Positions 25,995-38,764 of a DNA stretch of 64,000 bases are shown one piece after another. How positions within the stretch are numbered: position 1 is the stretch's first letter; the number at the start of each line of letters is the position of its first letter. The notes under the pieces were generated by a model. That model did no database searches and was not told the DNA's origin. It saw only the letters and a list, made by a program, of their open reading frames with translations. The translations under genes were made by a program, and so were the position numbers. Origin of the DNA: Hydrolagus affinis (Eukaryota); NCBI GenBank assembly GCA_012026655.1, contig JAAILG010000090.1, forward strand, positions 1 to 64,000. The letters are read 5' to 3'.

Positions 25995-26869
25995 AATAAA
26001 TTTATATATATATTGTTCCATGATTTCTTTCATGGCGCATTCTAGTTAAGAAACCAGAAATATGCTAAGTGGAGGCCAGTTATTCCTTGGAGGGGTGGGG
26101 GAGAAATTCTAAATGCCTCTGCAAGTATTGTTCTTTCATTCTTCTTGGAAAATTCATTAAAAACAATGTTGTCAGAGGTTTGGGGAAGAAATTCTGGCTG
26201 TGAGTGGCCAAAAGAAATAACTATTTGGGAAAACTCCTACCTGGATCCAGGTTTATTTGATTTACTTGGCATTTCAGAGCATCCAGAATTTGATAAACTC
26301 TTAAATTCAGTCTTAACTATGAAAGCTGCTTTCTGCCATTCCTAAAAGAAAGTAAACATAAAACAACTTCAAAATTAAGGCTGTATTCAAAAATTTGTCA
26401 AATTCTGAACTCTACCTACCGTAAATAGATTAAATGTAGACCCAGATGGAATTTCATCCCACATGATTGAAGCAACAAAAACATATCTTTCAAGATGTTT
26501 GCAAGAGTATTACTGTATATCTTTCATTATATAGCCCATTTAATTCTAAATGTTAGAGTACTTACATGCTGAGAAAATGATTCTAAGATTTTTTTTCAGA
26601 ACTTCCATTATATGTAGGTTTCTACTGCTATGTATTTAATTGCGTCATTAGATGAGACCTGTAATGGCTGGAACTAGAAATTGTAAAATGAAATTTTCTA
26701 CGATCAGATAATGACAATAAATGGAAAAGGAAAAGGACCAATAATTTACATTTACAGATGACATTGTCTTTTGAAGTGTTAGCATAGCATCACTGCTACA
26801 TTACCTAATCTTCATCATATTCTTTAGCAAATATTCTTTAATATAGTGAGTTGTATAAGATGCAACAGT

Positions 26870-27098
26870 TTTGACTCCTCTGCTCCACCATTCAGCCTCT
26901 AATCCCCGGAACCCTGGATCTCTTTCCCTCAATCCCTCAACTTGCTCCTTCCTGTTTCAAATCCTGCCAAAAGACCTTCCTTTTTGATCACGCTTATGGT
27001 CATCTCCCCCTTCCTATGGCTTGGGATCAAACTCTGCCACTGTCAAGCGATCCAGGACACTGCCCACGTCATGGGCGCTATATAAATGTGTTATTGTT
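26870..27098 (+). mobile_element. L2 LINE 3' end
   Basis: ttcaaatcctgccaaaagaccttcctttttgatc then tail gtcaagcgatccaggacac..ggcgctatataaatgtgttattgtt. Confidence 0.75.
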
Positions 27099-30000
27099 TT
27101 ATCACTGACAATAGGAATAAAATATCAGTATGATGCACATTAATTTTACTTTTGGCTTTTTGTTTGCTGTTGTTGCTCATAATCAACCAATGAAATTTGA
27201 CTGAATATTATATGTAAGTTTAAATCTAAATTTAAATCTTCTAACTGAAGTTTAAGATTTAATTAGGTAAAATAGTTCTCCAGTAGTCACTGGAGAGGAT
27301 ATCAGGATTTGTGGGCAAGGCTTTACATGACTTTCATGGATTGACTTACATTAGGATTAATGCTGATGCTCTTTCCGCCTCATTAAGATCAAATTATCTT
27401 TAATTAGCTCTGCAGATGTATTTGGTGATGCAGAGCTTTCTGGAAGAATGCTGAAATGTGGAATAATCTACTTAGTCAATGCAAGTGTTCAATGTATGTG
27501 AATCCATTTTACCTGACTTGCAGAACACTGGAGTGTTTTTTCCTATCAGAAATATCAATCTGCATATGTTTTAATCCACTGGGATTCATCACACATCTGT
27601 TATTAGTTATAGAGATATGTACATAAATATCAATGTTATGCAGTGTAATTAACAGATTTATTACTGCCGTTTTTTCAGACATTAGAGTTGCTGTCCATTA
27701 CATGTGTGTGTTTTTTATTTTCAATTGGATCAGTGAAAAAGCCACAGGTATTGTTAATGCAGAATGTTCAAATGCCCTCTTGCGTGTGTTACAAATTTTG
27801 CTACACAGAGTTTTTTTGTTTGCTGTGATCTGGTTTATCATCCTGTGTGCCAAATTAGGAAAATGTGGCCTTTTAAACCACAGGGAAGTTCACCTAATCT
27901 AACTCTTCACAAGTGTTGATTAGAATATAGTTAAATAATGACTCCTTATACAACCAATGTCAAATGGTGTTTCTCTATTTTTGCAGTAGTTACAAACATG
28001 AATTATCTACATAAACCTGAACAATGCACGTACTATTGGAGATTGATTTAACTGCGGCTGAAAACTACTCTTATTATGTAAAGTGTCAAGTCACACTCGT
28101 TTTAGTCAATGGAGTCCACTATGTATTATGCCGAAACCATGAGAAAGTGGAGATGAATTGCAAGTGCTCTTCATTTTTTTTAATCAACAACAATTGCAGA
28201 GGTTTATATTAATTTTATCACTTATTTTCATTGGTCCTTAATTACATAATTAGTACATCTGCAATTGCTCTGTAAGTTTGTGCTAACACAAGGATTCTCT
28301 ATGCAGTAATATATGCACATATACACATATATACTGCATAATAACCCCATGTTGTTTATTCCTTTATATCTGAAATTAACTGTCCTTTTAAATTCCACAT
28401 CACCATCTCTTACATTTCTGTTTTTCTGTCAGCTCTCAAGCTTAATATGCACCACTTTTTTTTGTTCACTGAAGTTGTGATTTTTCTGAACTGTGTATTC
28501 TTTATAAATCATTCATTTTGAATCTGTTGCAATCGAGATAAAGTATAAAGTACTCAATTGAAAATGCATCACCTTTTAGAAATTGCTGCACTTTTTCAGG
28601 AGTGCTTTTCAACATTGTTTTACTGATCTATTTCTGTACTCATATAAGCCAAATACTTTACGGGTAACCATGGTTCCAAGAGGGCATTGCACCAATGTGC
28701 TTCTATGTCGTTATCTGTACAAGCCTTTTGACAAGCACAACAAGAAAATTGGCTCCTTTTATTTATCACACTACCTTACTTTTGTGTATTTTATCTGTCG
28801 CTGACCTGCTTGAATACATAAATGCCTTGACTATTGTGTGCTTTTTGTTCATGAATCAAGCAGATAACAGCATTTTAGAACACTTCCACTCCTATATTTA
28901 AAGTTGGGCTTTCTACCATTTAGTGAAAACTGGCACAATACATAAAGGTACCTTGCATTCAAGTTGATAAGAATGAAACCATTGGGGATGAAAGGAATTG
29001 CACAAAAGAGCTTGTTTGTTTTTATATGCACAGATCTAATTATGAGCCTGTCAATTTATTTCACCTTATGTTTGTAGATTCCAAAGCATTGCGAAAGATA
29101 CAATTGATTAAATTAATTATTAGATATCCACCTCTGAAATTAGGAATGGAATGCAGTGTCCAAGTGTGCATCTAATAACCTTTAACTTATCTTGCAGATT
29201 TACAGATGTTTCAATCAACATATTTTCCTCCTATCCAAGAAAATGCTTTAGAAAATAGGTTAAAAAAAATTCAATCCATTTGTAAATATGAACTTGTCAT
29301 CTTTGAAAATAAAAATGTATTTTATTTCCAATTGAGTCACCACATGAAGTTTTATCCTACTCCTGAGATTTTAAAAATTGCTTTCTTGTTCTTCACAAGA
29401 GTACCTATAAGTACTACAATTAGAGGAATGGTTGTCGTTTTTCTTGTAAGTGCCCTATCACGTGTCTCTTAGTTGGGATCAGGCATTATTGTCAAAAAAA
29501 TTATATATTTTCAGTGCAGTACAGTTTATATAATGCACTTTTGAAACCGACCTTGCAATTTTTGTTTCAATCAATGTTTTATAAATTACTGAGCCACTGG
29601 AAAAAAGTAATAGTTTTGATGATAGTGATACACAAAATGCTGTTATTCCACTTTCCAGATGAATTGTAGTCCTTGCTAAATAGTAAGTCATTGAATATGT
29701 ATTTACAATAGGGGTAGAAATGATTTTATTGTCTGTGTTGAAATGTTGTACTTCAATGCAGTGCACAGTTTGTTTCCTCAATTGGCTTCTAGTATAGACT
29801 TTGGGTTTCTTGCACTTGTCGAGGACCATCAATCTCACTGTGTTGACCCATAATATTCTGAATATTGCTTTCTTTGTGGATCACTTGTGCTGTGGCAGTC
29901 ATGCTTAAGTGTTAAAAAAAAAGCCATACTTAGGATCTCACAGATTGTGAGCAAATTATGTATAGAATTTAAAAAGGGTTGCATTTAATTTCATGAAGGG

Positions 30001-30933
30001 CTCAACATTCTATTTTTTTAAGAAATAAAATGTTTGCCACAAGGCATTTGCAAACAGCCTTGTGATTTTACTTTCCTGGATTTTACAGAGGGCAGAAGTG
30101 AGGCAATGATTATTAATGTCACCATAACAGCTTCTGACAGGTTCTGAATTTACTGTTTGAAATGTAAATCACAAGTTGGTGAGATGACAGCATAATAGCT
30201 TCTTTGAAATATTTTTTAAATTACTTAGCTTTTTCATTTAAAATAACTAGCAATCTATTTCTAAAGCTTGCACTGTTTTAATGAAAAATGTACAGTATTA
30301 AAATAGACATTTCAGTCATTTAGTTAATTGATTCAATTGACATTTTAGGCATTTCTGTCAGTATTTGTCAAATACTTTTCATATTTTTCCTGGCCCTTCT
30401 TCATGTGTGTATGCATCATTCTATCTGCCACTATTGTATCAAGTCTTAGGTAACCATCAATAAAAGAAAACTGCTCTGCATCCTTAGCTGCTCCTGAACA
30501 ACATGTTCAAGACAATAAAAACAATGTCATGAAAGGCAACAGGTTATTTCTGTAATGTAATTATCATTTTGTGCACCATATGCTTCGCTTTTCCTCTCTT
30601 TAATCATACCTATTGGAGCGTGTAGTAGGTTATGGGAAATCTCTGGTTTGCCTGTTGCCACCACACCATAATTCCTTTAGTATTTCTTTGCTCCAAGCAA
30701 CAAACAGAATAAATTTCAAGAGACATCTGTTTTTGTTGTTATTGCACTGGCAGCACCATCTTATGCATGATAGCATGTATTTAAACTGCACACCTGTATT
30801 CTCTTAATGCTTGAGTTGCCTTTTTATTTGTTATTTGAAATTATAAGGTCTATTTTAGGTTTTTCTAAAAACTCAGATAAATTATGAAGTGAAATCTGTT
30901 TTCAAATATATGCACACTGTTAACACGATATAT

Positions 30934-31250
30934 TAATAATAATCCTTGCATTTGATATAGCGCTTTTCACGTCTTGTTGATGCATCAAAGTGCTTCACAG
31001 AATGTACTGTAAATTGAATTGACTGTATCTAAGTGGGTGAAGCGCGGCAGCCAATTGCGCATAGCAGTGTCCCACAAACAGTCGTGGATTGAAATGACCA
31101 TTATTGTTTTCTTTTTGAGGGATTATTATCAGGGATATGGAGTAAGGAAACTTGCCCACGGTTTCGCCCTGCCTGGAATCAAACACATCATGGAATTGAA
31201 TCCAGGTCTCTGGCTTGTAGGGTGAGTGCTCTAACCACTGAGCTACAGGA
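30934..31250 (-). mobile_element. Near full-length tRNA-headed Deu-domain SINE
   Basis: Minus strand head tcctgTAGCTCAGTGGttagagc..ctGGATTCAATTCC (A and B boxes), Deu-like tgtttgtgggacactgctatgcgcaattggctgccgcg, L2-type tail with (TTA)n. Confidence 0.88.
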
Positions 31251-31938
31251 CGCCACAGGACGCCATGATGTCAGCAGAGGCTCAGGATTACTATCAGTAT
31301 TAGGAACCTTGCCTCAATTTGTTCCTCATTAGGCCAGAGACATTGTGTTGATTGAGATCTGATTGTTTATCTTAGACCACAGATCAAACATGGGAAATTA
31401 CTGTTCTCAATGTTTTTGCACCATTCCATCACATTTACCTAGTAGGTCAGAGAAACATTTCTGCTAATATTTATACTTAATTGTGTGTGTGATTTGATCA
31501 TTTCTCCTTTTTGAATACATAGACTGCACTGGCAGAGCAGTCTGAGAACTTGACTCAATATTACAATGTAACTAGTGTTAAGTTGTACGCAACAGTGTCC
31601 AGATAAGCAGCTCTGTGGTGAGGAGGCACCTGGTCCCTGATTGTTGCTTCCTCTGCCGATTTACTGGTGTGAGAAATTAAAGGTTTCCTTAAAAACAATT
31701 TGAGTGCACCTGTAATATTCAGGTTAGGTTGCAGAATGCTAATGAATAGAAAATCTGATCTTTATTGCAGGTAACTCCTCCCATATTTATTCTGTTAAGT
31801 TAAATATCTAGTTCATTGGTAAACTTTCTTTTGTATAAAAAAAAACTGGCAAATCCACCTTGCTTACCATATGTTATTTGTGAGAAAAAACAAATGACCA
31901 GAAAAAACCTTCAACATCAACTATTCTTCTTTTTGAAG

Positions 31939-32054
31939 GGCACCCATCATGTTTAAAATTCTCTTCAGAATTAACAGCCCATGTAAAGACATTAAGATGG
32001 CAATGTATTGAGTGCAAGACTTGCAGTGCCTGTCAAGATCAAGGGAAAAACGCT
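31939..32054 (+). CDS. KAT6B: KAT6B coding exon 5 equivalent, PHD1/PHD2
   Basis: ttttgaAG acceptor, GTgagt donor, 116 bp, phase 1-0; (G)[38 protein letters not shown]. Confidence 0.97.
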
Positions 32055-32063
32055 GTGAGTATT

Positions 32064-32128
32064 TAAGCGCTCTGGGACGCTAACCCCACATGAAGGGCGT
32101 AACATGAATGCAACTTGTTGTTTATTGT
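32064..32128 (+). mobile_element. Isolated L2/SINE 3' tail just after exon 5 donor
   Basis: taagcgctctgggacg..gaagggcg..atgcaacttgttgtt. Confidence 0.7.
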
Positions 32129-32728
32129 TAATCTTTCCTTCCCAACATGGTTATAATTTTCCAAGTAAATTTTCTTGATTACAATCATAAACAATTCTGA
32201 AACACAGATTTTCTTTACATTAAATCTAGAGGTTTCAGGGCAAATTCTTCCCTTTTTCCACACCTATAAAGAACCATGCCCCTAAGTCTGACACCATTTT
32301 CAAATAATTATCGCTGTTGGTCCAGAGAACAAACTGTCAATGCATATTTAAAAGGTACACTATATTTTTCAGATTTTTAAAAATCTCATCCATTTTAGTT
32401 CTTAATACATAATTAGATTACTAGTAAGTGATGGAGTTCACAAAATTGCAGAGAAAATATTGTAATTTCCCTTCCTTTGAATATTTAACCACCAAGTGGT
32501 GCCAGAAGGATTGTGCTCCATGTAGGAAACTGCTCAGATTTAAATATTCCCCTATAAATTCAAATTCACATTTCACTGGTCAATTTTTTTTGTCAACCAC
32601 AGGAGATAGGATAGCATTTTTTGCTCTTGTCATTTTAAACCTCACAGGCATTGAGTGTAAGTAATAATTTGGAAACTTGAATGAATTCATGTGATTTTTG
32701 AAAAAAATCTACTTTCTTTCCTCTCTAG

Positions 32729-32824
<96 letters not shown>

Positions 32825-33193
32825 TGAATGGCTTGATGATTTTAATAGTTAGTCGTTTGGAAATATAGTTGACTATTTGATACATAGTTTCTTTTAATGA
32901 ATCCGTAGAAAAATCAAAACTGATTTGAATTGGGCTATTTGGGATTTATTTGTTTCAGACCATTCAATACCTCTATTAAAATGGCATTTTGCATAAGGTG
33001 ACATAAGTCTTTGGCAGTCAAATGGAAATTCTTCCTAATTTGTCCATGCTTTGTCAAATTTGGTTTCAGGATTTGGAGAATTTTACCTTTACGCAATCCA
33101 AGGATGTTTAATTTGTAGATCAGTCCCTGTAATGTAAATATTGCTGAGAAAGTACTTCCATGAGCAAGCTAATGTCTGTGTTCTTTATGACAG

Positions 33194-33326
33194 GAATGTG
33201 GATCTGTCAAATTTGCAGACCAAAGAAATGGGGAAGGAAGCTACTACACGAAAAAGCTGCACAGATCAAACGCCGTTATGCAAAACCAGTAGGACGCCCC
33301 CAAAACAGACTAAAGCAAAGGACTGT
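33194..33326 (+). CDS. KAT6B: KAT6B coding exon 7 equivalent, end of PHD2 and basic region
   Basis: gacAG acceptor, GTatgt donor, 133 bp, phase 1-2; (G)[43 protein letters not shown](V). Confidence 0.96.
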
Positions 33327-34254
33327 GTATGTTCATCATTTTCTTTTAAACATGGAACACAGATGAAGTAAACTTGCACTACAATATTTAAAGATGTTGG
33401 TACTGTGTTTTGTTTTTGTGCTTTTAAATGCTTCTGTATACTTGTATCTTTTAGATAGATTTCCAGGGAGATGAGACATAGTTTTAAGAAAAAACTGATT
33501 GAAGACAAAATTGAAAAATTAAACTGTCCAATTCATCATTGCGAGCTTCTCATTTTAATGGCATTTCTCCTGGGTCTAATGGAAACATTGTTACTGTAGT
33601 TTGTCGGTCCCCATAGTTTTGACATAATTAGGTTGTGTATTATAATTGAAAATTATTCAAATTTGTCTTTTTTAAGGAGTCTTGAAAGGCAAATGTCAAA
33701 TGTGATGTTTATATAGAAGTATTATTTGATGCCTCAAGTAGAAAAGAACCTTTATGGACATTCTGTTTCACTGTACAATTCTGACATATTTCACCTATTT
33801 TCTCTAGAATATTTCACAATGCATTCTTTTGTCCAGAGGTCAGTATCCACTGTTTCCTTGAATCAATATGATTTGTTACCTCTGTAAACCAATAGTGCTT
33901 TAGCTGGACAAAGTGAACAAGTTTCTCAGCCTTACGATCTTTTGGTCTTAAAACAGATCGTACAGTTAGTTGTCATTTAGCTGGTAACGATCACAGTTTA
34001 GAAATTGCCCTTTCACCTTTCTATTTACCCTAAAGCCCTTAAAATATTAATGTAATTTTTTAATGAGTTTCTTAATATTGCAGACATCGAACAATCAACA
34101 AGAATAATTTCCACTTCTGAACTCCCTCAGCTCCCAAGCTCAGTCCTGGTACCCAATCAGAATTGTCCAGTGCTTTAGGACATTCTCTTTATATGAAAGA
34201 TGTTACATAAGTTATATATAAATTATTTAATAATTATACATAAATTATATTGTA

Positions 34255-34620
34255 TTATGTAGCGCCTTTCAGACAGGGAGAAGGTCTCAAAGTACTTTAC
34301 AAAGACAGTGGGAATTTCAGCTGAGAGGCAGGAGGGGAGTGCTTGAAGGTGCAAAGAAATGTTTTTTTAGACGAGATTTGAAAACAGAAAGAGAGTAAGG
34401 GGGAAGTGGAAGAAAAATAATTTCTGGAGGTGACACGGCATACATAAGGATTTCAACATGGGGGTGGTGAAGTACTGAAAAGAGGTGGGCAATGTTGTTG
34501 AGAGGAAAATGGACTTGATCAGAACCATGAACTGTTGAGAGTCAGACAAAATGCCAGTGTTTTTCACAGGTTCTGGGAGTTGGAATGAGCAACCGAGGAG
34601 ATTGTACAGTCAGTACCTGA
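34255..34620 (-). mobile_element. Degraded L2 3' fragment
   Basis: tagcgcctttcag..gtctcaaagtactttaca tail then purine-rich gagatttgaaaacagaaagagag typical of reversed L2 ORF2 end. Confidence 0.6.
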
Positions 34621-36899
34621 CTATCATTAAACGTGAGATCTAATCTTAAAGCCAAATCAACGTTAACCTCTTTCCAACAATGCCTTTGCCTTCAGTTTGA
34701 TCTGTACATTCCCATTATTCCCCTAAAGACAAGCTCACAGCTCAAACAGAGTAAAGCAGAAGTACACCTTTCTTACCGTTACCTTATTTTTCAGCACATC
34801 TTCGTGGCTTCTTTGATCGTAATAACAGTTATTCAGTTCAGGCACCATTTCCCTTTTGATCTAGTTCAAAATCAAATTCCTAAAGACATACTGCATTGAT
34901 TAGTTCTGCTAAAAGTTAACTATTACAAGTGACTGAAATAAATTGAATACATAAAGAAGCTTTTGCAAATCTGCTAAGTCTTGAAGATCCCTCCTGCCCT
35001 CTCTTTGTTGGACTACAGTTACTACAGAATATTTTTCAGAAAATATTACAGCAAATAGTTGGTATTTGGTTGTACAAAGCAATGCAAGAATACTGTTAGG
35101 TGTGTGATAATATTTGCTGATAATATTTGCGATATGATACTGGTATTTTCACTTCATTTTCATGGGGAATACGATAAAACTTTCACCTGCACAGCTGTCT
35201 GAAAGAAAACTACACCTGCCATTGCCTGGATGCCTTTCACACAAAATCTGTGAAATTTACCCACAATTTCTGCTTTGATTTTGATTTATTCTGAGATTTT
35301 GTTTGCATTCTCAGCTTTCTTCAATGCTTAAATTCTCCCAGTGTATACAAAAACATGCTCTGTGCAGTTTTGTGTGTGTTTTTTTCTCTCTTAGTTATGT
35401 CCTCTATTCTTTTTTTGTTCAACTGAGAGTAAGACTACATGATTTAAATGATTATTTAGTCTCCGACAAAATTGCTTCATGATAGTTGACTAAGTCAACT
35501 TTGATCTTTTTTGGAATGCTTTGATCTATTCAGGTCAAACCCTGACCTCATGAATATGGAGGTTATATATAAGATTCATATCTTGAGCTTCCCCCCCCCC
35601 CCCAAACCATTTGATATTTGATTTTAAAAAATCCAAGAAAGCAAAACTTAATATTATTAAACTGTTGGTACCTAGCAAAACCACCTAAAATCAATGCCAG
35701 CTTCATTCACCCTTGTGGATATCAGTACTCATAAGCATTGATGCCATCCTTGCGTTTATATCACACATTTGTCAAAGAAAAAAATGTTCGGACTATCAAA
35801 TATTCAGCTGTGTTCAGGACCAGGACAAGATTCACACACAGAACTAGATTCTTTACAATGGTGTCATTTAGTTCAGACAACTCAGTCTTATTCTAAATGT
35901 GATATAGATTATAGATTTATAATTTGATGGATTGCAGTCCAGGTGATTTCTAGGAGTTACAAAAGCAATTTTTTGAAATATGCGAAAACACAGCCCCATG
36001 TCAGGTTTGTTCAAGGAGCAACTTACTGGCATTTTGTCTGACTCTCAGCAGTTCCTGGTTCTGATCAAGCCCATTTTCGTCTAAACAACAATTTTGAAGC
36101 TTCAGACCCAGTCCTGAGACTTCAAAATTCTTTGGCAGCACACCTTATTTTTTAGAACTATGTGTCAGATCTTGAGTAGCTGGGTCATTCACATTTTGTC
36201 ACTAAAACCTTATACATAATTGACAAAGATCGTAGTGTATATCTATTCAGACAAGTTCCCAACCACATCAACAACTTGCCAAATCTTACAAATCCCTTGA
36301 AGGTTACATCCTCTTTCATTTTTCTGTTTGTCGCCCTTTTTTTCTCTTCTTCCTCCTCTCTCTCAATTCAGTCAATCATGTCTGAAAATGCTGTCTTGAA
36401 AGCTGAACAAATTATGTATGTATTGTGTTCCCTCCCATCAGTTAAGAATGTTTCTGTATGAGACAGACATTTCACTGAGAATATTGCAATGGTGTGTGAA
36501 CTATCACATAATACTAGGAGAGGGGAACATCAGATTAAATTCATTTCAGTTATTTATTATTCGGAAAACACTTCTTATTGAACCTTGAGGCGATGATGTC
36601 CAAACGAATAACAAGATGACCTGGATACAAGCAAAGAGGAATAATCTTGGCCCTTTTCAGACTTGGAATGCATAGCTTTGTAGCTTCTTCCAAAAAAAAA
36701 CACAATTTATAACTATTATTTGGCAGGTAAGGACAGTGTCTCAGCAGATGTTCTCCACAAACAGGAGGTCCATTCTTGTTATATGTTTGAGGTGTATTGC
36801 ACATAATGTATTGCACATTTATGTGCTCTCCCATATTGATTTTTGCTGTTTGCATGTACCAGAGTTGCTGAAAGAAGCTTAAAACTAATCAACTTTGTT

Positions 36900-37020
36900 T
36901 TGGTGAAAGGTCATACCCAGAACATTAAGCTTTCTTTCTCTTTCAGAATTTGATCGCCCCTTTATGGATTTCCAGCATTTTCTCTTTTTTATGTCAAATT
37001 TATAGCATTCCTACTTTTTG
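36900..37020. mobile_element. Penelope-derived 3' end fragment
   Basis: tgaaaggtcat..aacattaa..tttctctttcaga..atttccagcattttct, same family as right half of 12665-12885. Confidence 0.55.
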
Positions 37021-37862
37021 TTCTTAAATAGAAGACAAAATAGCTGTGTAGAAATTGTATTCTAAGAAAATCACTCATATAATATTGTTCGTAAGTATAT
37101 TTTTACGATTGACTTGTATCAGAATAACTCCCAGTGCTTTAAACATATTGCAATTTAAATTGGTAAAATGGACATGTCAATTATTTTGCTAATACTTTGT
37201 TTCCAGAAAAACAGCACTTGAATAATGAATGTATTGTAAAATTTCTAATGCGGTTAATTGAGAATATGTTGATTTGTTGCATTAAAATTGAATGAAGTGT
37301 GTCACAGTGATGCAGGATATTGAAGTAAATACACAAATACACTGCCACAAAATTGTTGGATGCTGAATTTATACTTGTGAGGTGTCCATATGGGGAATGC
37401 CAGATTGTGAGCCACAACTTTTGGAGGAGGTTCAAAAGAGGAGAGGAACTTCCCTTGAGGGAGGAAATGTTGGAGGGTGAGTCTATCTGTACTACACTCA
37501 CATACCTCCAATTTGCTATACTTAAGGTGGCATTGGAAGCAGATCTATTGCCCTACTCCTTCCAGCAGAGGAAGGTATGCTATACAGGAGAAGCCTAAAA
37601 GACTGAGGAGAAAATAGGTCAAAAAAATGAAAGGAAGAAAAACAAACCAATAAATATATATGAAAATGTACTGAAGGCAGCACTAATATCGAATAGAGAG
37701 ACCATAATGGAAATCAGAACTGCATTTTGTATTTGTATACCAAATGTAATTGAATAATCTAGTTTTTTCTTTCCCCAATAAAGTACTCATTTTGGAAATC
37801 TTCCAAGTAGTATTATGGGCACCTTTATAATTAGTAATGATTTCCTTTGTATTTTTTCACAG

Positions 37863-38764
37863 ATCTGCAGCCAGTGATGAAGGATCCATGACAGTGGACA
37901 CAGGAAGGGGGTCACCTGGTAGGGGTCAAAAGTCTAAAGTCTGTACCACACCTTCATCTGGTCACGCTGTGTCTTTGAAGGACTTGAGCAGCAGATTGAC
38001 TGATACAGACCCAACCCTGGCTGGTGCCACCACTTCCACCTCCATATTCAAAGTTAACAAGAAAACTAAGGGTCTCATTGATGGCCTAACTAAATTTTTT
38101 ACACCCTCACCCGATGGCCGAAAGCCAAGAGGTGAAATAGTAGACATTTCAAAACACTATTGGCAGAAGAAAAAGAGCCCTCTTAAACAATCTGGCACTG
38201 TTAACTCTAGCACATGGGCAACATGTATCACTCAAAAATTAATCCCACTCTATCAATCTTCGCCCACATTCCCTAGTCAGAGCCCCACTTCACACAAATC
38301 CAGCACTTCTACCTCTGCTAACTCCCCCCAAAGTTCTTCCAGCCAGTCAAGTATACCCTCTCTTAGCAGCCTTCCCAACAGCAGCCAGCTAAAGGGACTC
38401 TTTGATGGACTTTCTCATATTTATACCACTCAGGGAAAGCCTCGCAAAAAGGGACTTCCCAATTATGCACCACCTAAGCGTAAGCAACATGGGCCTGAGT
38501 TGTCTCCTAGAACAAAAGCCTGCCCTCGTTTCCGAGAGAAGCAAGGTGATAGAGGTAGTAGCTTTTTGTCCCCAGCCTTTTCCCGTGGCTGGAAGGCTTC
38601 CAGGAGGCACCCTTTTAAATCGGTTGCTTATTTCAGACGAACTTTCCTTGTAAAGCACAAAATATTAGGCAGATTAAAATATAGAGTGACCCCTCAAATG
38701 GGGACCCCCTCACCAGGGAAGGGGAGCTTGGCGCACGGAAGGATTAAACGTGATCAGGACGATG
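37863..38764 (+). CDS. KAT6B: KAT6B large exon 8 equivalent (Ser-rich/basic insert), longest form
   Basis: ttttttcacAG acceptor, GTaagc donor, 902 bp, phase 2-1; lies in ORF 37837..38811; [57 protein letters not shown] is characteristic of KAT6B. Confidence 0.96.

Noticed and set aside
31190-31250. tRNA gene on the minus strand
   Set aside because: Has A and B boxes but no proper acceptor stem and runs into a SINE body
31755-31776. Recursive splice site ttgcAG|GTaact
   Set aside because: Weak pyrimidine tract, only about 170 bp from the true acceptor in a 7-kb intron; easily chance
37962-38658. Antisense and alternative-frame ORFs overlapping exon 8
   Set aside because: Short, no recognisable homology, expected shadows of a coding exon
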